DNA of 62,907 nt, filler included, from Polymyxa betae A26-41 (GCA_003693705.1; 7 parts of 7 records of this genome joined end to end with filler, not necessarily neighbours in it), one strand, 5' to 3'. Numbered from the whole stretch's first letter, positions 35,951 to 49,495 are shown. Notes: generated by a model not told the origin, from the letters alone. Translations and numbers: made by a program.

Positions 35951-37597
35951 TGTAAGTGGGAACGGGGCCGCGACTCATCCGAACTCGAATCCGCAGGCAA
36001 CTGCTTACATCTCCGAAATGCGAGATAAAAATGTTCCAGTGGAACAAGGTTTCAACTCAGTCGCAGGGGTGTTCCGCCTCAGTGGAGTGCAGCCCCTCCG
36101 GGGGCTGCGCAGAATATTCCAAACGTGCGGGATCGTTACGTCCAACGCTCCCACCCGATTCCGACTTGGGGAATGGCATAATGCGCGTCGCCAACTTTTT
36201 GAAAGTAATAGGAGGTAGGGATTTCGTCGACATATCAGCAATCATATCAGTAGTACAAGTGTAAGGAACTTCAACCTTGCCTTCTTCAATTGTCTGGCGG
36301 ATGAAATGGTACTTAATCTCGAAGTGCTTGGTTCTTTTTGAAGTCGTTCCATTCGCTAACGCCATCGCCCCCTTATTGTCCTCATAAATTACCGTGGGAG
36401 CTGACTGCTTAAATCCGAGATCTTGTAAAAGTCCGCGAAGCCAGATGGCTTCTTGTGCCGCAGTCGCCAGCGACACATATTCGGCTTCAGTCGTCGAAAG
36501 CGCAACACACTTCTGCTTAAGACTTCCCCAAATGACTGGGCCAGAGCTCAGCATGAGTACGAAACCACTTGTAGACTTGCGGTCCGAGATGTCTCCGGCG
36601 TAGTCCGCGTCCGCATATCCGACCAGCTGAAGATTTCCCTTGCGGAACCCAATACCTACGGACTTTGTTCCCTCTATGTAACGAAGGATCCGCTTGATAG
36701 CTTGAACGTGACTCGGTCCTGGGTTGCTTGTGAATCTTGAGAGAATGCTAACTCCGAACATAATGTCTGGTCGCGTTCCTAGGGCCAGGTACATGCGCGA
36801 GCCGATGGCCTCTGCGTACGGCTAAACTTCAGGTTCTCCTTCATGTCGTTCGAGAACAACTCCGGATGCTAGTGGAGTATTGGTCGGTCGACAGTTACTC
36901 ATTCCGTAACGTGCTAAAATAGAATCAATGTAGGCCTCTTGGGTCAGTGTGATCGACCCATCGACAGAACTCCGAGTGACCTTGATGCCCAACACATACT
37001 CTAAATCTCCCACCGGCTTCATGGAGTAGCGCGCTCTCAGTGATGTTTCCAATTCTTGCAATGCATGTCGAGAAGTAGAGGCCGCGACCATGTCGTCAAC
37101 GTAAATCGCCACGATTGTCAGCGTCGTTCGGTCTCGGCGCACATAAACACATCGGTCATAGTTTGAATTTTGAATTCCGCAGGTAGGTAAGTGCTGATCG
37201 ATTTGTTGCCACCAGACTCTTCCGGCCTGCTTCAATCCGTAGATTGCTCTTCGTAGCTTGCACACTAGCCGTCGTCGACCGTCGGGCTCTTCGAAACCTT
37301 CGGGGTGCTCCAGATACAATTCCTCTTTCAGCTCTCCATAAAGACAAGCGCTGTCAATGTCCATCTGCTTTATGGCCAGGTTCATCTTCGCCGCAATCGC
37401 GATCACGATTCGCAATGAGCACAACGAAACAACCGGTGAAAACGTTTCGTCAAAATCCACGTCGGGCTGCTGCGTAAAGCCGCGAGCCACGTATCGGGCT
37501 TTTCTGCGCACAATAACTCCGTCCGCGTTCCGTTTCGCCTTGAAGCACCATTTGCCACTGATAACGTTACGGTCATGTGGCGCTGTGACTAAAGTCC
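35951..37597 (-). mobile_element. Copia retrotransposon 3' part: RT, RNase H and 3' LTR (about 35951-36147)
   Basis: KARYVARGF, QMDIDSA, IYGLKQAGR, IYVDDM, YADADYAG, TEAEY, TKHFEIKYH; purine tract before the LTR. Confidence 0.92.
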
Positions 37598-38192
37598 TGT
37601 TAAAGACAGAAACAGGTAGCTATAGCAATGGAATCAGGGGAACAGGGTTAGCAGGAGCTGACGACGAGAAGACAAGAGACTAGGGACGTGATTGGTACAC
37701 TCACGAAACAGATCTGGCGATCTGGCCGTGGAAGACGTGTTTATGTTGGATCAATAAGTCCGTGAACTTTGCACTACGTAACATTACCCCCTCCTTTAGA
37801 ATTCGCTCTCAGTAGAGGCCCGGGTTTGTGTGGGTATCGAGCATGGAAGTTGGTGATGGCTTGACGCAGGGCAGGAGAATTGTCAGCGAGTCCTCGTGCC
37901 GGTTCCCATGATCTCTCCGACGGTGGATAACCTACCCAATCGACAAGGTATTGCAGTTGGCGACGGTGCATTCTGGAGTCCAGGACGTCCTTGACTGCGT
38001 AGAAGGGCTCGGGCGACTCCTCAGGTATCCAGAGAGGCGACGTGTTAGGATCGAGTAAAAAGTCCCCTTTTATTGGTTAGATAAGCGGTGCGATGACTCG
38101 GGAGCAGAGGGTAGGACGCGGGGGACCGGTGTCCTGCAACGGAGCGACGTCAGGGAGTCCTCGGAGGCGGAGCGGCGGGGCACGGAGTGGAG
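37598..38192 (-). mobile_element. Chromovirus (Gypsy) 3' end: chromodomain, PPT and LTR 37598-37783
   Basis: [19 protein letters not shown]; PPT AAAGGAGGGGG; LTR bounded by TGTTA...TAACA. Confidence 0.88.
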
Positions 38193-38292
38193 NNNNNNNN
38201 NNNNNNNNNNNNNNNNNNNNNNNNNNNNNNNNNNNNTTAATTAATTAANNNNNNNNNNNNNNNNNNNNNNNNNNNNNNNNNNNNNNNNNNNN

Positions 38293-38567
38293 AGTTCTGA
38301 TATTAAAGCTCTAATCAAAGACAAAAAATGCTTATTGATAACTTCAATAGAACCGTTACTGTAATGACCGTAAGCCACCACAAAATGATGCTTAATGTTA
38401 CACCGCTGTGTAAATTCTCTCATTACAGAAGACATAAAGTATGATGCCATATCTGTCACTATGATATCCGGAGTTCGCGAACTAGCTCTCCAATCCATCA
38501 AAGCATCTACTGTTATGATACTGTCAGGTACCGCAGCTGGCGTAATTCTTATATAACCTGATAAGTC
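38293..38567 (-). mobile_element. Gypsy integrase core fragment
   Basis: PDIIVTDMASYF...AYGHYSNGSIEVIN (D..E residues). Confidence 0.8.
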
Positions 38568-38873
38568 NNNNNNNNNNNNNNNNNNNNNNNNNNNNNNNNN
38601 NNNNNNNNNNNNNNNNNNNNNNNNNNNNNNNNNNNNNNNNNNNNNNNNNNNNNNNNNNNNNNNNNNNNNNNNNNNNNNNNNNNNNNNNNNNNNNNNNNNN
38701 NNNNNNNNNNNNNNNNNNNNNNTAAAACATCTTTATGCATGTTAGAGCATCTCCACCGCGTGGAGTCTATTCTAAGGTCTATTCGAGATTTCTGCGCCAC
38801 GGAGTTAAAATAGACCAAGTTTATATAGATCGCCGCACCGCGCGCGCGTTCTATTGTACATTCAAATATACAA

Positions 38874-40210
38874 ATGGATCCGATAATTGGGGAATGGTTT
38901 GAGCGAGTGCGACGGGATGCTAGCTTGGATGATGATCTGGTTGAGGCCCGGATGTTCTTCAGTTTGAAACGGAAGGCTCCCGACTCTCCTGTTCACAGAG
39001 GATCGCGTCCTGGCAAAGAACCGAATACAGAACGTGATTTTGAGGACGGGTTCCAGCGAATCTTCAAAGATTATTTCGCAGAGAATCCGGTTTTCAACTC
39101 AAGAGTGTTTCGGAGGCGATTCCGGATGCGCCGTGAGCTTTTTCTTCGAATCATGGATGGTGTTAGTACCCAGGATCCTTGGTTTGAGCAGAAAACCGAT
39201 GCTCTCGGAAAGATAGGCCTTTATCCAGTCCAGAAAATGGTCGCTGCAATCAGACTTTTAGCTTATGGTTCGAGCTACGATATGGTCGATGAGTATATCA
39301 GAATCAGCGAGTCTTCTACCAGCGAATGTTTGCAGCATTTCTGCTCAGCTGTAGAAGCCAGATTTGATGCAGAGTACTTGCGCTCACCAACATCTGATGA
39401 TTTGAAACGCATTTTGAAAGAAAACTCTGACCGAGGGTTCCCAGGAATGATAGGTTCCATCGATTGCTATAATTGGAAATGGGAAAATTGTCCTAAAGCA
39501 TGGCATGGCTCCTTTCGAGGCATCAAAGGAACTTCCATTGTCCTTGAAGCAGCAGTATCTCGCGACCTATGGTTCTGGCATGCATTCTTCGGAATGCCGG
39601 GTAGTATGAACGATATCAATGTTCTACAACGATCACCTCTGCTGCATTCAATCATAACAGGGACAATGCCTTCAATCAGCTACGAGATCAACGAAAATCG
39701 CTACGAGAATCCGTACTGGCTTGCAGATGGTATCTATCCCAACTGGCCGTCTTCATGAAATCTATCCCTGATCCCCAAGGCGCTGCAAGACAGTATTTTG
39801 CGAGGGAGCAAGAAGGCTGCCGAAAAGATGTGGAGCGAGCATTCGGTGTTCTTCAAAAACGCTTTGCTATTGTCAGAAACCCAGCACGAATGTGGGACCA
39901 GGAAAGAATGGCCTCCGTCATGCGAACCTGCATCATTCTTCACAATATGATTGTGGAGGACCAGAGAAAGGCACCGGTAGAGGGTGACGATGGTTATGAG
40001 ACAGGCAAGCCTCGTGAAGATCGCCGTCGTCGCAATCGCCAACGGATCTCTCTACCTATTAAGGTTAGGGAGACAAGCTTCGAAGATCTGCCTGCCGCAT
40101 CCTTGTCAGCAAGAGTAGGTCGTATACGAGAAACTTGCGATTCTGCTACGTATTTCCAGTTACAGTCTGACCTGATCGAGCACCTGTGGAAATCAGCCGG
40201 AAATTTATGA
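38874..40210 (+). CDS. PIF/Harbinger DDE transposase with one frameshift at about 39750
   Basis: FRRRFRM, GSIDC, NDINVL, LADGIYP, RKDVERAFGVL, CIILHNMIVED. Confidence 0.92.
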
Positions 40211-40939
40211 ATGAATACCCATTTCCTCGGTTTGCTTTTTCAGCTTAGCCAGCTCTATCCTACGTTTGAGCTCGTGGAACTCTCGCGCAGTGTCGTCCAG
40301 GGCAGAAAGGTTCACTGAAAACAATACCAATCGGATCTGCTCTTCGATCAGGTCATTACGACGTCGGGACTCAAGTACGTAAGCCCGTTGAACTTCTACA
40401 CAGTCATCATCATCGTCGCCATCCTTCTTGTAAGCCATCAGTTTCGCCTTTTTTGTTCCAATAGGTCTCCTTTGGGACCGACCTTCCGGAGCCTCCTCAC
40501 ATACATCTTGATCCTCAGGCCGCATTCGCTTACAATGCATCGCCTTTGGAGTCAAGCCCTGCTCAAACTTCGGAACCTGCTGTCGAAAATATTCCCATAT
40601 AGAGCGAAATTTGAAACCAGTTTTTTCAACTTCCTGAAAAATTCGGAATGCTTCATTTATATAATAATCTTCTTGCTCTCCCGACTTCGGCTGAGCCTTG
40701 GCCGTTGCAAGATATTCCGCAAATTTGGAGCATGATGCCTGAATCTCCTTCCATCGGTTACACAGCGCGTCTGGAGTTCGATTGCTTCCAGGGGCGAACA
40801 GCAAAAACTGCTGGAGAACTCGATTATAGAATTTGGCGCTTTTTTGATCAGCGCCTACGATTGGGTCATGGCTAACCTGCACGACAGAGCGAGCGAGGAA
40901 CATGTCCTCATCCGAGGTCCAGCCTTTGCCGCGGCCCAT
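40205..40939 (-). CDS. PIF/Harbinger ORF2 Myb/SANT-like DNA-binding protein
   Basis: WTSDEDMFLARS..VSHDPIVGADQK, RPIGTKKAK. Confidence 0.88.
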   Translation of the reverse strand: MGRGKGWTSDEDMFLARSVVQVSHDPIVGADQKSAKFYNRVLQQFLLFAPGSNRTPDALCNRWKEIQASCSKFAEYLATAKAQPKSGEQEDYYINEAFRIFQEVEKTGFKFRSIWEYFRQQVPKFEQGLTPKAMHCKRMRPEDQDVCEEAPEGRSQRRPIGTKKAKLMAYKKDGDDDDDCVEVQRAYVLESRRRNDLIEEQIRLVLFSVNLSALDDTAREFHELKRRIELAKLKKQTEEMGIHS

Positions 40940-41980
40940 TGGTTCAGTTCGTGACGAAATGACCCAAAACTGTCAAGACTTGACGCCAACATTGGAATAC
41001 GCGACNNNNNNNNNNNNNNNNNNNNNNNNNNNNNNNNNNNNNNNNNNNNTTAATTAATTAANNNNNNNNNNNNNNNNNNNNNNNNNNNNNNNNNNNNNNN
41101 NNNNNGCTGCGCCGGCGGTTCCGACAATATCTTTATACAATGAGACACATAGCATTTTTGACCAAGCAGGTATCACAGTATGGCAATCAACCCCAACGTA
41201 GTGAATGAAAACGACATCTCCACTGTTATCATTGTAAAACAGCATAAATCAGCCCAATATAATGCAACTTATCTTCGACACAAACAGAATTCATCACTTG
41301 TTCTGTTTTTTATGAAAATATTGATATTTGAGGGCTATGCCTCATTAAACAGTCTAACCAAGATAAGACCGAATATACAAGAAAATAAGAACAAGGGATA
41401 TCTCCAGTTATTGAAAGGTATACTTAAACGACCTTAATGCTATGCCAAAAAAAATAATCGAATATCTAGAAGAGCCAGGACGCATTCATATAGACGTGAT
41501 CGAGTGGTTTGGGCACGAAACCAACAACAAGATAAGTATCAGTAAGTATTCGTATATTATTATTTTTAATGAAGAGCAAGATCCTGATAATCTGGATTCT
41601 AAGACGGTGAATTGATTGTCACATTTCAGAAGTTTTTCTTATATTTGTCCTGAAAAACCTAGAGAGGAATCGATTGCTGTTGATAGCTCACGGAATAGAT
41701 CTCGTTGGGTAGAAACATCAAATTCGATGCAGAATGGGCTGGGTAGAGTGGTTCACCTATTTGAGTCAAATACTAAGAGAGTAGCAATTGAAAGGCGTCA
41801 CAGTCACGAGATGCATCCAAGGAGTACCAATGTCACGTGATCGCTCCTATCGACCCGATCGTGCTTCAGCTGACCTTCTGCATCCTCTGATACAAATTAC
41901 TCTGCTATTAGTCCAGCTCTTGAGTACTTCCAACTCGTAGCTTCTATCAGCAATGTATTACTGCCATATTATGTTAATTA

Positions 41981-43581
41981 TCAGCTTAGAGTTTGTGTTC
42001 TTTTATAAGTGTCTGAACGCACGGTAAATACTGGAGAAGTATGATTTAATGTTACAACAACAGCAGTGGATTGTTTGGGCCTTAGCAACAGTGCAATTAT
42101 GTTACGTCCTATACCATGAGACCAAGTCGATAATGTGGCTGTTATGAAGAATCCAATGGGTGTTGTATATGATGGTTCATAGAAGGCCATCAACAGAAAC
42201 GTAGCAGCATTGAGGAGCATTGTAACGCCAAGACATATGACATATTGACTCATACGGGCAACGTAATCATTTAGGGTACTGATAGGGCTCGTGGCCAACG
42301 ACCGGAATCGAAACGCACTCGCCAGAAACTGTAACGCTACGGCTAGTAACGTGAACATCGTCGAGACCATAAACGTTACAAAAAACACCGTAAAATACGA
42401 GTAGTATGTCGCATACGATAATGAGGCGGCGATATCGTTACCGAGAAGAATGACGCAGATCAGTAACGATACATATCGGTCCGGTCCAGTCCAGATTTGT
42501 CCGCAGACGGACTTATACGGAGAAACATCCCGACAGGCCTCATTCCAGATCGATGATACTATCAGTATCGTCATTGCCGTCCATCCGAACATTTCGTTGA
42601 GAAACCAGCGTTGTACTGGCCCGGGCAGGATCGAGGACGTGAAAAACCCGCCGCATCCGCGTACGACGGCCAGTGCGGCCGATGACACGCCCTGTGTCAG
42701 TAACGCGCCCATCACCGGGTGGAAATCTCTCCGAAACATGTACAGGATCCGGGGGCGGGTCCGGGCCCCGGCCCCGACACTGGTGCCGTACCGGCCCCAA
42801 GCCAGACGCATGTGCTGGCTGAGAAACAGGAACGACAGGAGCGAGCTCAGCGCGAACAGCGCTGACGGGGCGTAACGATTCAGGAGCTGGAAGTACCAGG
42901 TCTGACGGAACGGGATCCAGGGGTTCGGGTCCGGGGCGAGTACGACCGGCAGGCCGTCCGTGTGGGCGGCCAGCGCCGCCAGGATGTCCGTATAGTTGCT
43001 GAGCTCGACGAACACGACGTGGTCGTACTGGACCGTCCCGTCGCGCGCTTCGCATTGAAATCCGCCGGCCGTGTAGAGACTCGTCACTAAGCTATACGTC
43101 AATGTGATCATCGATTCGGAATTTTAACCGAAAGAAATTGGAACCGTCGCTTGAAATGTCAGCAGAAAAATGTTGTAAAAAAAATGTTAATGCGAGAAAT
43201 AGAAAATTGTTTTAAAAACATTGTTAATACGTGATATAGAGCTGGATTACCTAAGAGTGCTTTAACTTGTTTTGACACCCATAAATCATACATGGTCTCA
43301 AAGCTACATGCGCCGGGGTTAAGAAGAGCGATCTTGCCGGCCGCGGATGTCGGAATTACGGCCGAATCACACGGATTTTCTGGGTAATAGACGAGATCAC
43401 CAGTAACCGTGACATTATATTGAGGTCCAATAAACAGAGATGCTGGGACCGCCATATACGACTGATTCTGCAATGGACCTTCCAGAAATACTAACGACGC
43501 ATACCCCGTATTGGCCCAGAACAAAATGCGGAATATAGCCCGGCTAATGCCTATCATGGCCTTGTGATAGGCGCCAAACAC
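41981..43581 (-). CDS. PA-domain seven-transmembrane receptor-like protein (exons 43581-43251 and 43086-41981)
   Basis: GKIALLNPGACSFE...VKALL|VTS PA motif across a GT-AG intron; about 7 hydrophobic segments in exon 2. Confidence 0.75.
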
Positions 43582-45905
43582 ATATCACTTTGTGATCAAA
43601 GTTAGTACGGCCCAATCGACCTAAAAATCCCTCAATTAATGTCGTTGATGTGGATGTGTCTGCTGCATGATAACTGGATGTTCCTTCCTATTATGTGACT
43701 GTTAATGAAGGACAATATACGGTGTACTGCTGTCAATCAACGTGATTTGGCGATCGTCGGATAGAACTGGGCGTCTGAGTGGAGAGGCGTGTATAGACTA
43801 TCAGACTATGACCAGGTTATAGGTCACAACTTTGTCACGGACCCAAGTTTAGGCTTTCTCAGGGTCCATCAAAAGTCCGGAGACAATTCCTGACAACCTT
43901 GTGCTTCGACAAAAACAGAAAGCAGCACCGCCATGCTGGTCATTACCGGGTCGTATTTCTATATAAATCGACTCTAATAGAGGGCTATTAATAACGACTT
44001 GTGGAAATATGTGTGAATAATCTTTGTTCTCGATAAGAAGACACAGCTGATTATGCCGTTTATTTCATGAATGATGGGCATTCTTTTTTGTTAGACAGAT
44101 TAGGGTCAGGTTTTTAGGCTATCGTCCAATTTTGGTAGGCAGATTAGGGTTAGGTTTTTGGGATAACCTCGTTTTAGCAACCACAGATTTGAGACCTTAA
44201 TTGTAATATTAGAGCTGGAGAGGCAACGATTCAGTCAGAAAGCGAACTTGCTGATTATCGTTTGTGTTTAGCGCAGCCAAGGCATTGGTGAAAGAATGTT
44301 GGAGCCCGAATGATATCAAAATGGAAACGGAATATGGAATTCCTTCTGTATGACGACCAGAGGGAAAAGCAATTGCTTCGATGAGGATTCGGCAGCTCTG
44401 ATGGATATATTCAAGAAAGGCGATGAGCCAAATCAAATGCTGACGGCTCTTAACGAGACTCTGCGCATGGATCATCACTCTTCCAATGTGTTCTAGAACC
44501 CAAACTGTCAATGACATCTACGATCTCTTCTCTTTTTGGATGACCTCGACGCTCTATATTTGTTTGTTTGTCTATTCGGATTGTTAAGCCATTAATAGGC
44601 GATGTAAGCGACACATTTTCCTTTTGTACAAAGGCTGCGAAAGCAGCAGCTCGTACTAAGTAGTTTTCGGAGATTCTCCCACATCGACAGTGGTAGCCCT
44701 AAAGTCAGAATGTATTTGGAACTGTGTGGAGGAAGACAAATATTCAGATTCTACCTGTGTACTGATTATTAGAATTCGCAGACAGCAAATACAGAATCTA
44801 AACAGAAATTTCAGAAAATCCAAAATTGATGTGAAGACCAGGAATTGGATAATAGGTAAACCGATGAGTGCCAGCGAGAGCGATCTACCACAAATAGCTC
44901 TGTTTCAGACTGGTGGATGATGGTGGATCTCAGGGGGTCTTCATGAAGCTGCGCGAAAGGTTGACAATGAATGCAGATGGGATCGGCGACAGTTTTATTA
45001 CAGCGGCTCGATTTAGAATGATTTGTTAGATGTAACCAGAAATAGTCGTATAGCCGACACGAATCGGATCGTGGTTATAACAGCACCACAGTAATTGTAT
45101 GTTGTACATTACACAGATTGCTCGATTACAGCTATTACAGAGAGGGCCAAACTGCTTTCACAACATTAATTATATGCTGAGAATTTTGGACAAGGCTTTT
45201 CCAAGAGAAGAAAACATTCTCCTTTTCCTTAACAAAAGCACCGACTATACTTGAGCATGAGCCAAACTTGGCATCTTCTGTAAAACATTTCATTATAGTG
45301 AAATAATGTATTCGGCTATCGGCACATCTGAAGTCAGGTTCAACCAAATTTAGAATTGATTTCGAAACCGGGACACCAGTAGCCTCGGAGTGACTTCAAA
45401 GAATTCATGTGAACAATGTGGATTGAAAATCAGAGAGGTTTGGTTGCTCTTGTTCAGGTTTTGGTGATTATTGGCACAGCTTGGACTCCTTTGACGGAAG
45501 GGCTTCGCAGAGTCAGAAATCCATCAGCCAGTTTGTAGAACTCGGGATTTTGACCACGTTTTCAAAAGTGCGCAGTCACGCAAACATTTAGACTCAGGCG
45601 AACGATTCCGCTGTCCTTCCTCTCTTTGCTCAGCCGGATCTCACGACTGACGCCGCGTCTGCCCTATTTCCTGCATTCTTAACAAGTAGTCAACAATGCC
45701 GGCAAACGATAAGCGCTCTTCGAACAAGCAGACCGCACGTAAGCTGGTAAACTGGTGAACTGCATCCTCCTTAATCGTTATACTTACAGGAAAGAGTGAG
45801 GCTCCTAGATCAGCTTATAGCTTCGCCTCACTCGACAACGACTATTCGTATTACTTTTCAGGAGACGGCTCCTCTCTTATAACCGATTATGCTGCAAATC
45901 GGGCT

Positions 45906-46642
45906 GTGTGTCAGCAAGAGGATGAAAAGCCGCCTTCTCCTCTACTATGGTACTCTATTGCCGGACTCAGCCAAAATCATCAGAGCCATCTGATCCAGTA
46001 TATATCAGACGATGAGGTTGAATTATTGATTGACCATCTGCAATCATCGTATCCTTACAAGTCTGCTAACCGGAATCCCGCCTATTTCTGGCTGGAAGGA
46101 ATTCGGGAATATGAGAGGTTTCTGGAGATTATTCTCAGTTTTCCGCCTTCATTTCATCAAAGGTTCCACCCATCTCCACAAATTGAATTAATATGGAGAT
46201 CCCATATCCTAGATACACGAGGATATAATGATCTGATACTTGCCGTATCAGGCTCCAGTTTTGTTGATCTGAATTACAATCCGTATATTAGTGATACAGA
46301 GAAATCTTCGCGATATCGGGCCTTGTTCCCTTATTTATCGCAGGGATCGAAATCCATGACTCATCGGTGGCCGAAATCGGATGCGCTTCAGAATCTGCAG
46401 CCTTTTGGGCTAATTCGTATACTTTGCCGGACATTGAATGGCAGGATTATTGAGCTATGGTCCTCTGAGGATGCGTTAGTATCCGATTATTTCAATCCAT
46501 AGAGGACGCTGATGGCCTCCCTGTCCATTATCAGCGATTAATCTACAATGGACAACAACTAGAAGGTCCGGGCTCACTGGCTGATCATGGCCTCCGAAAC
46601 GAGAGCACAATCCACCTCACCCTAAGATTACGCCGTTGTTGA
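45906..46642 (+). CDS. GRDP/DUF1399-like domain fused to a C-terminal ubiquitin-like domain; frameshift at about 46490, 5' exons unresolved
   Basis: EYERFL...PSPQIELIWRSHIL; IRILCRTLNGRIIEL then shifted frame IEDADGLPVHYQRLIYNGQQLE...ESTIHLTLRLRRC*. Confidence 0.75.
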
Positions 46643-48000
46643 AATTGCTCGTAATGTCCAAATTTCTTAATAATATTACATGACTTACTGTCTGAAATTC
46701 CCTCTTATGTATTGATATCCTTTATTGTATAGATAAGTTACATAATTTCTTATCTGCCCGTCGAGCGCAACCAATTTTTAGGGTTTAGGGTTTGAAGTTG
46801 TACTGTCACTTGCCGATGCTGCCTGCCATACCACTGCAGTGTTCATTGAAGAACATCATCTGGATCAGATATTGAAATGGGTAGCAGAACGATCAATCAG
46901 ATTCTGATAGAAACAAACATGTTTTGTGTGTGAGATTATTAAATGCTGCCTTCGTGACGTTTTTGATGGAAAACCTCAGACGGTTAATAATGTAAAACAG
47001 CAAAACATTTGGTCCACGTACATGAATATATCGCACAAAACCGAGAAAATCGGCTCAGTACTGGAATGTCTTTCGGTCCATGTAAGCGAGTTTGCGCAGG
47101 CGGACGTTAATGAGTTTCGTTTGGGTAGAGATAATGTCCCAGTTCAGTGAAAGTTACAATAACAAAACAGCTGTACCGAAGAGATCCGAATTTGCCTCAG
47201 ACAGCTCTTTAGATCTCGGCAAAGACTGTCAATCGATCTGCAAGTCCGACCGAATCTGAGACAAAAGTGCACCCTTTGAAGATGGACGTCAGTTTGCGGA
47301 AGTTATTCAAAGCAAGACAAGATCTAAACATGCGTCAGGATGAAGTGGAAATTAATTGTCGTGGCGATGTCGTCGAACCCTTAAACTTCGATCGAGGTGC
47401 GGCAAGAATTTGGTGGAATGAGTAGATGTTTTATTAATAATTTTCTTGAGTAACGTCTAAATAACACTACCGGTAGTGTCATTCGGCAACTAACTTGATT
47501 TAATCCGTATGTCGCATCAGCGACTTGTCAGAGTGGCATTCGGCGATCTGAACGATATTTATAGATTCCACAATTCTTACCTTTGGTATCCTCTTTGTAT
47601 TTATTCCGCTCATTCTTGATTCTTAGGCGCCGATATTCGTGATCGTGGTCAGCAAGGTCATGATAATCATTGGGGTGTGGAATACACCCCAATTTACGAA
47701 TGGTCATTTTTTCAGATGGGGGAAACCTCTGCTTTTTGTTTGGAATAAATCAAAGTTGTATATAATTAAATAGCAGGCGTTATCAGATCAGGGAGTGATT
47801 GGGTGCTATTTTGTGCGCATCATTGTTTGATGTATCCATTGCATAGTTGGTGTCAAAGACATATCAGTGCTCCTGCCTCAGCACTGCCTCTCACGCCTTT
47901 GCCCTGACAGTTGGAGTTGTCGTAATTGAAATGGATCCTTTCTGATGGGATGCTGTGTTGTTCCTACTGGGATTCATTTCCGGAGGTCGGCCAATTCGAG

Positions 48001-48279
48001 ATGATAGTTCCTGTTATCATACTAACTGTTCTTTTGGTTATAGTAATTACGACGTTCGTGGCTGCCTATATCTCGGAACGGCGGCAACGTCATCAGCTGC
48101 AACAACAGGCCCAGCTGCAACAGCAACTGGCCCAGCAACAGGCTCAGCTGCAACAGCAACAGGCCCAGCAACAGGCTCAGCTGCAACAACAACAGGCCCA
48201 GCTGATACGACAGCTTCGAGCTCTGATGAACGGTATCAACAATTTACGGCGAGCAATTCGCCGTGTTTTGAGAATTTAA
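48001..48279 (+). CDS. Small membrane-anchored Gln-rich coiled-coil protein
   Basis: N-terminal hydrophobic helix followed by QQQAQL repeats. Confidence 0.5.
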   Translation: MIVPVIILTVLLVIVITTFVAAYISERRQRHQLQQQAQLQQQLAQQQAQLQQQQAQQQAQLQQQQAQLIRQLRALMNGINNLRRAIRRVLRI

Positions 48280-49495
48280 TGACGAATATCTTATTTTCAT
48301 CTTTACTAAAACACATCTTACAAATTTATCCATCGCTCTGCTCGTCTTTTGCTATTGCCAGTCATACAAGGAAACCAGGACGATATAAATGAAAATCGAA
48401 TTCAGAAGCACATGATAAAACCTTGACATGATTTTTTTTGTATGTCACAAAAATGACGCATAAAAAGACCTTTGAAACACGTCATTTTTTGGATTTCAGT
48501 TTGTTCAAGCTTTAATTCGATCTGAGGCTCCCTCGGCATTTTACGTCCATGTTTCGCACACCGGTCTAACTAGGTTACTGAGGCCGTTGCAGCAGACATC
48601 CGGTCCATCGCGAAGTTTTTTTATTTTATCCAAGAGATATTCAATTTTTTTGGAGATTATTGTTGGCGAAGTGACGCTACGGGAATCATAAGCAGCAAAC
48701 GTTTTGGAGGCATTACGATCATGGTCATAACAACTGGGCGCGGAAACAATCAGCCGATGAATTTAGACGCTCTGCCGAATTTTCGATAGAGTTGTCGCGT
48801 TTCTGCAATGCGCTTGAAAATTTTACAATTGTACAAGAAGGCCGTGGCCTAAACATTGACCAGGTCTATGAGATGGCCTTCACAAAGGTTGAGATAAGGA
48901 GTACTGCAAACAGCTTTGATATCATTTATCGCAGGCAGAAACAGTTCTTCACTAGCCATTCTTAGAACCCATTAGGGTTTAGGGTTTCTAATAGTTGAAC
49001 CATCACCAACACGGTTTGGTGGATGTCAACGAACTTGCCGTCGTACTGCATCATCCGGTACGGTTGCGATTACTTGACGATAATGTCAGCAAGTTAGACA
49101 GGCGGGTTGATATTTTCTGTATGTCTGTGCTGTGGCACGCGTACTGACCTGTGTTGAGGATCACCTCATAACGATCGTTTCGTGACATAACGTTACTGCA
49201 ATGATGGCGTCGAACTTGACATGGAGGCAGCGATCTCTCATTACTATTCGTACTGTAGGTATGTAGATTGGAGATCTCCGGTCTTGGGCCATGGCTGCCA
49301 ACTTGGAATTATTGTTAAGGGTTCTGCTCCCTTTGAGTTTCACAGCTTTTGTATGGTTTGGTTACGAATTTGTTTTGTTTTTAGGGAATCGAATCTATTG
49401 CTTTTCGTCCTTTTCAAATGCACCCAAACATACAATATAACATCAGGCAACATGATGTTAGGGTTTTAGGATTTCGACATTCTTCCATATCTGTT

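Larger units (their letters stand above)
38745..41005. mobile_element. PIF/Harbinger DNA transposon, right end lost at the contig break
   Basis: TTA followed by TIR GAGCATCTCCA; convergent transposase and Myb/SANT ORFs. Confidence 0.9.

Noticed and set aside
35951-36218. C-terminus of ORF 35127-36218 as part of the transposase
   Set aside because: It reads through the antisense Copia LTR and RNase H.
42450-43055. Overlapping ORFs 42450-42875 and 42540-43055
   Set aside because: Shadow frames of the GC-rich 7TM exon.
47955-48392. Thr/Ala-rich ATATGP repeat ORF
   Set aside because: Alternative frame of the Gln-rich repeat; the frame with a clean ATG and TM helix is preferred, though not proven.
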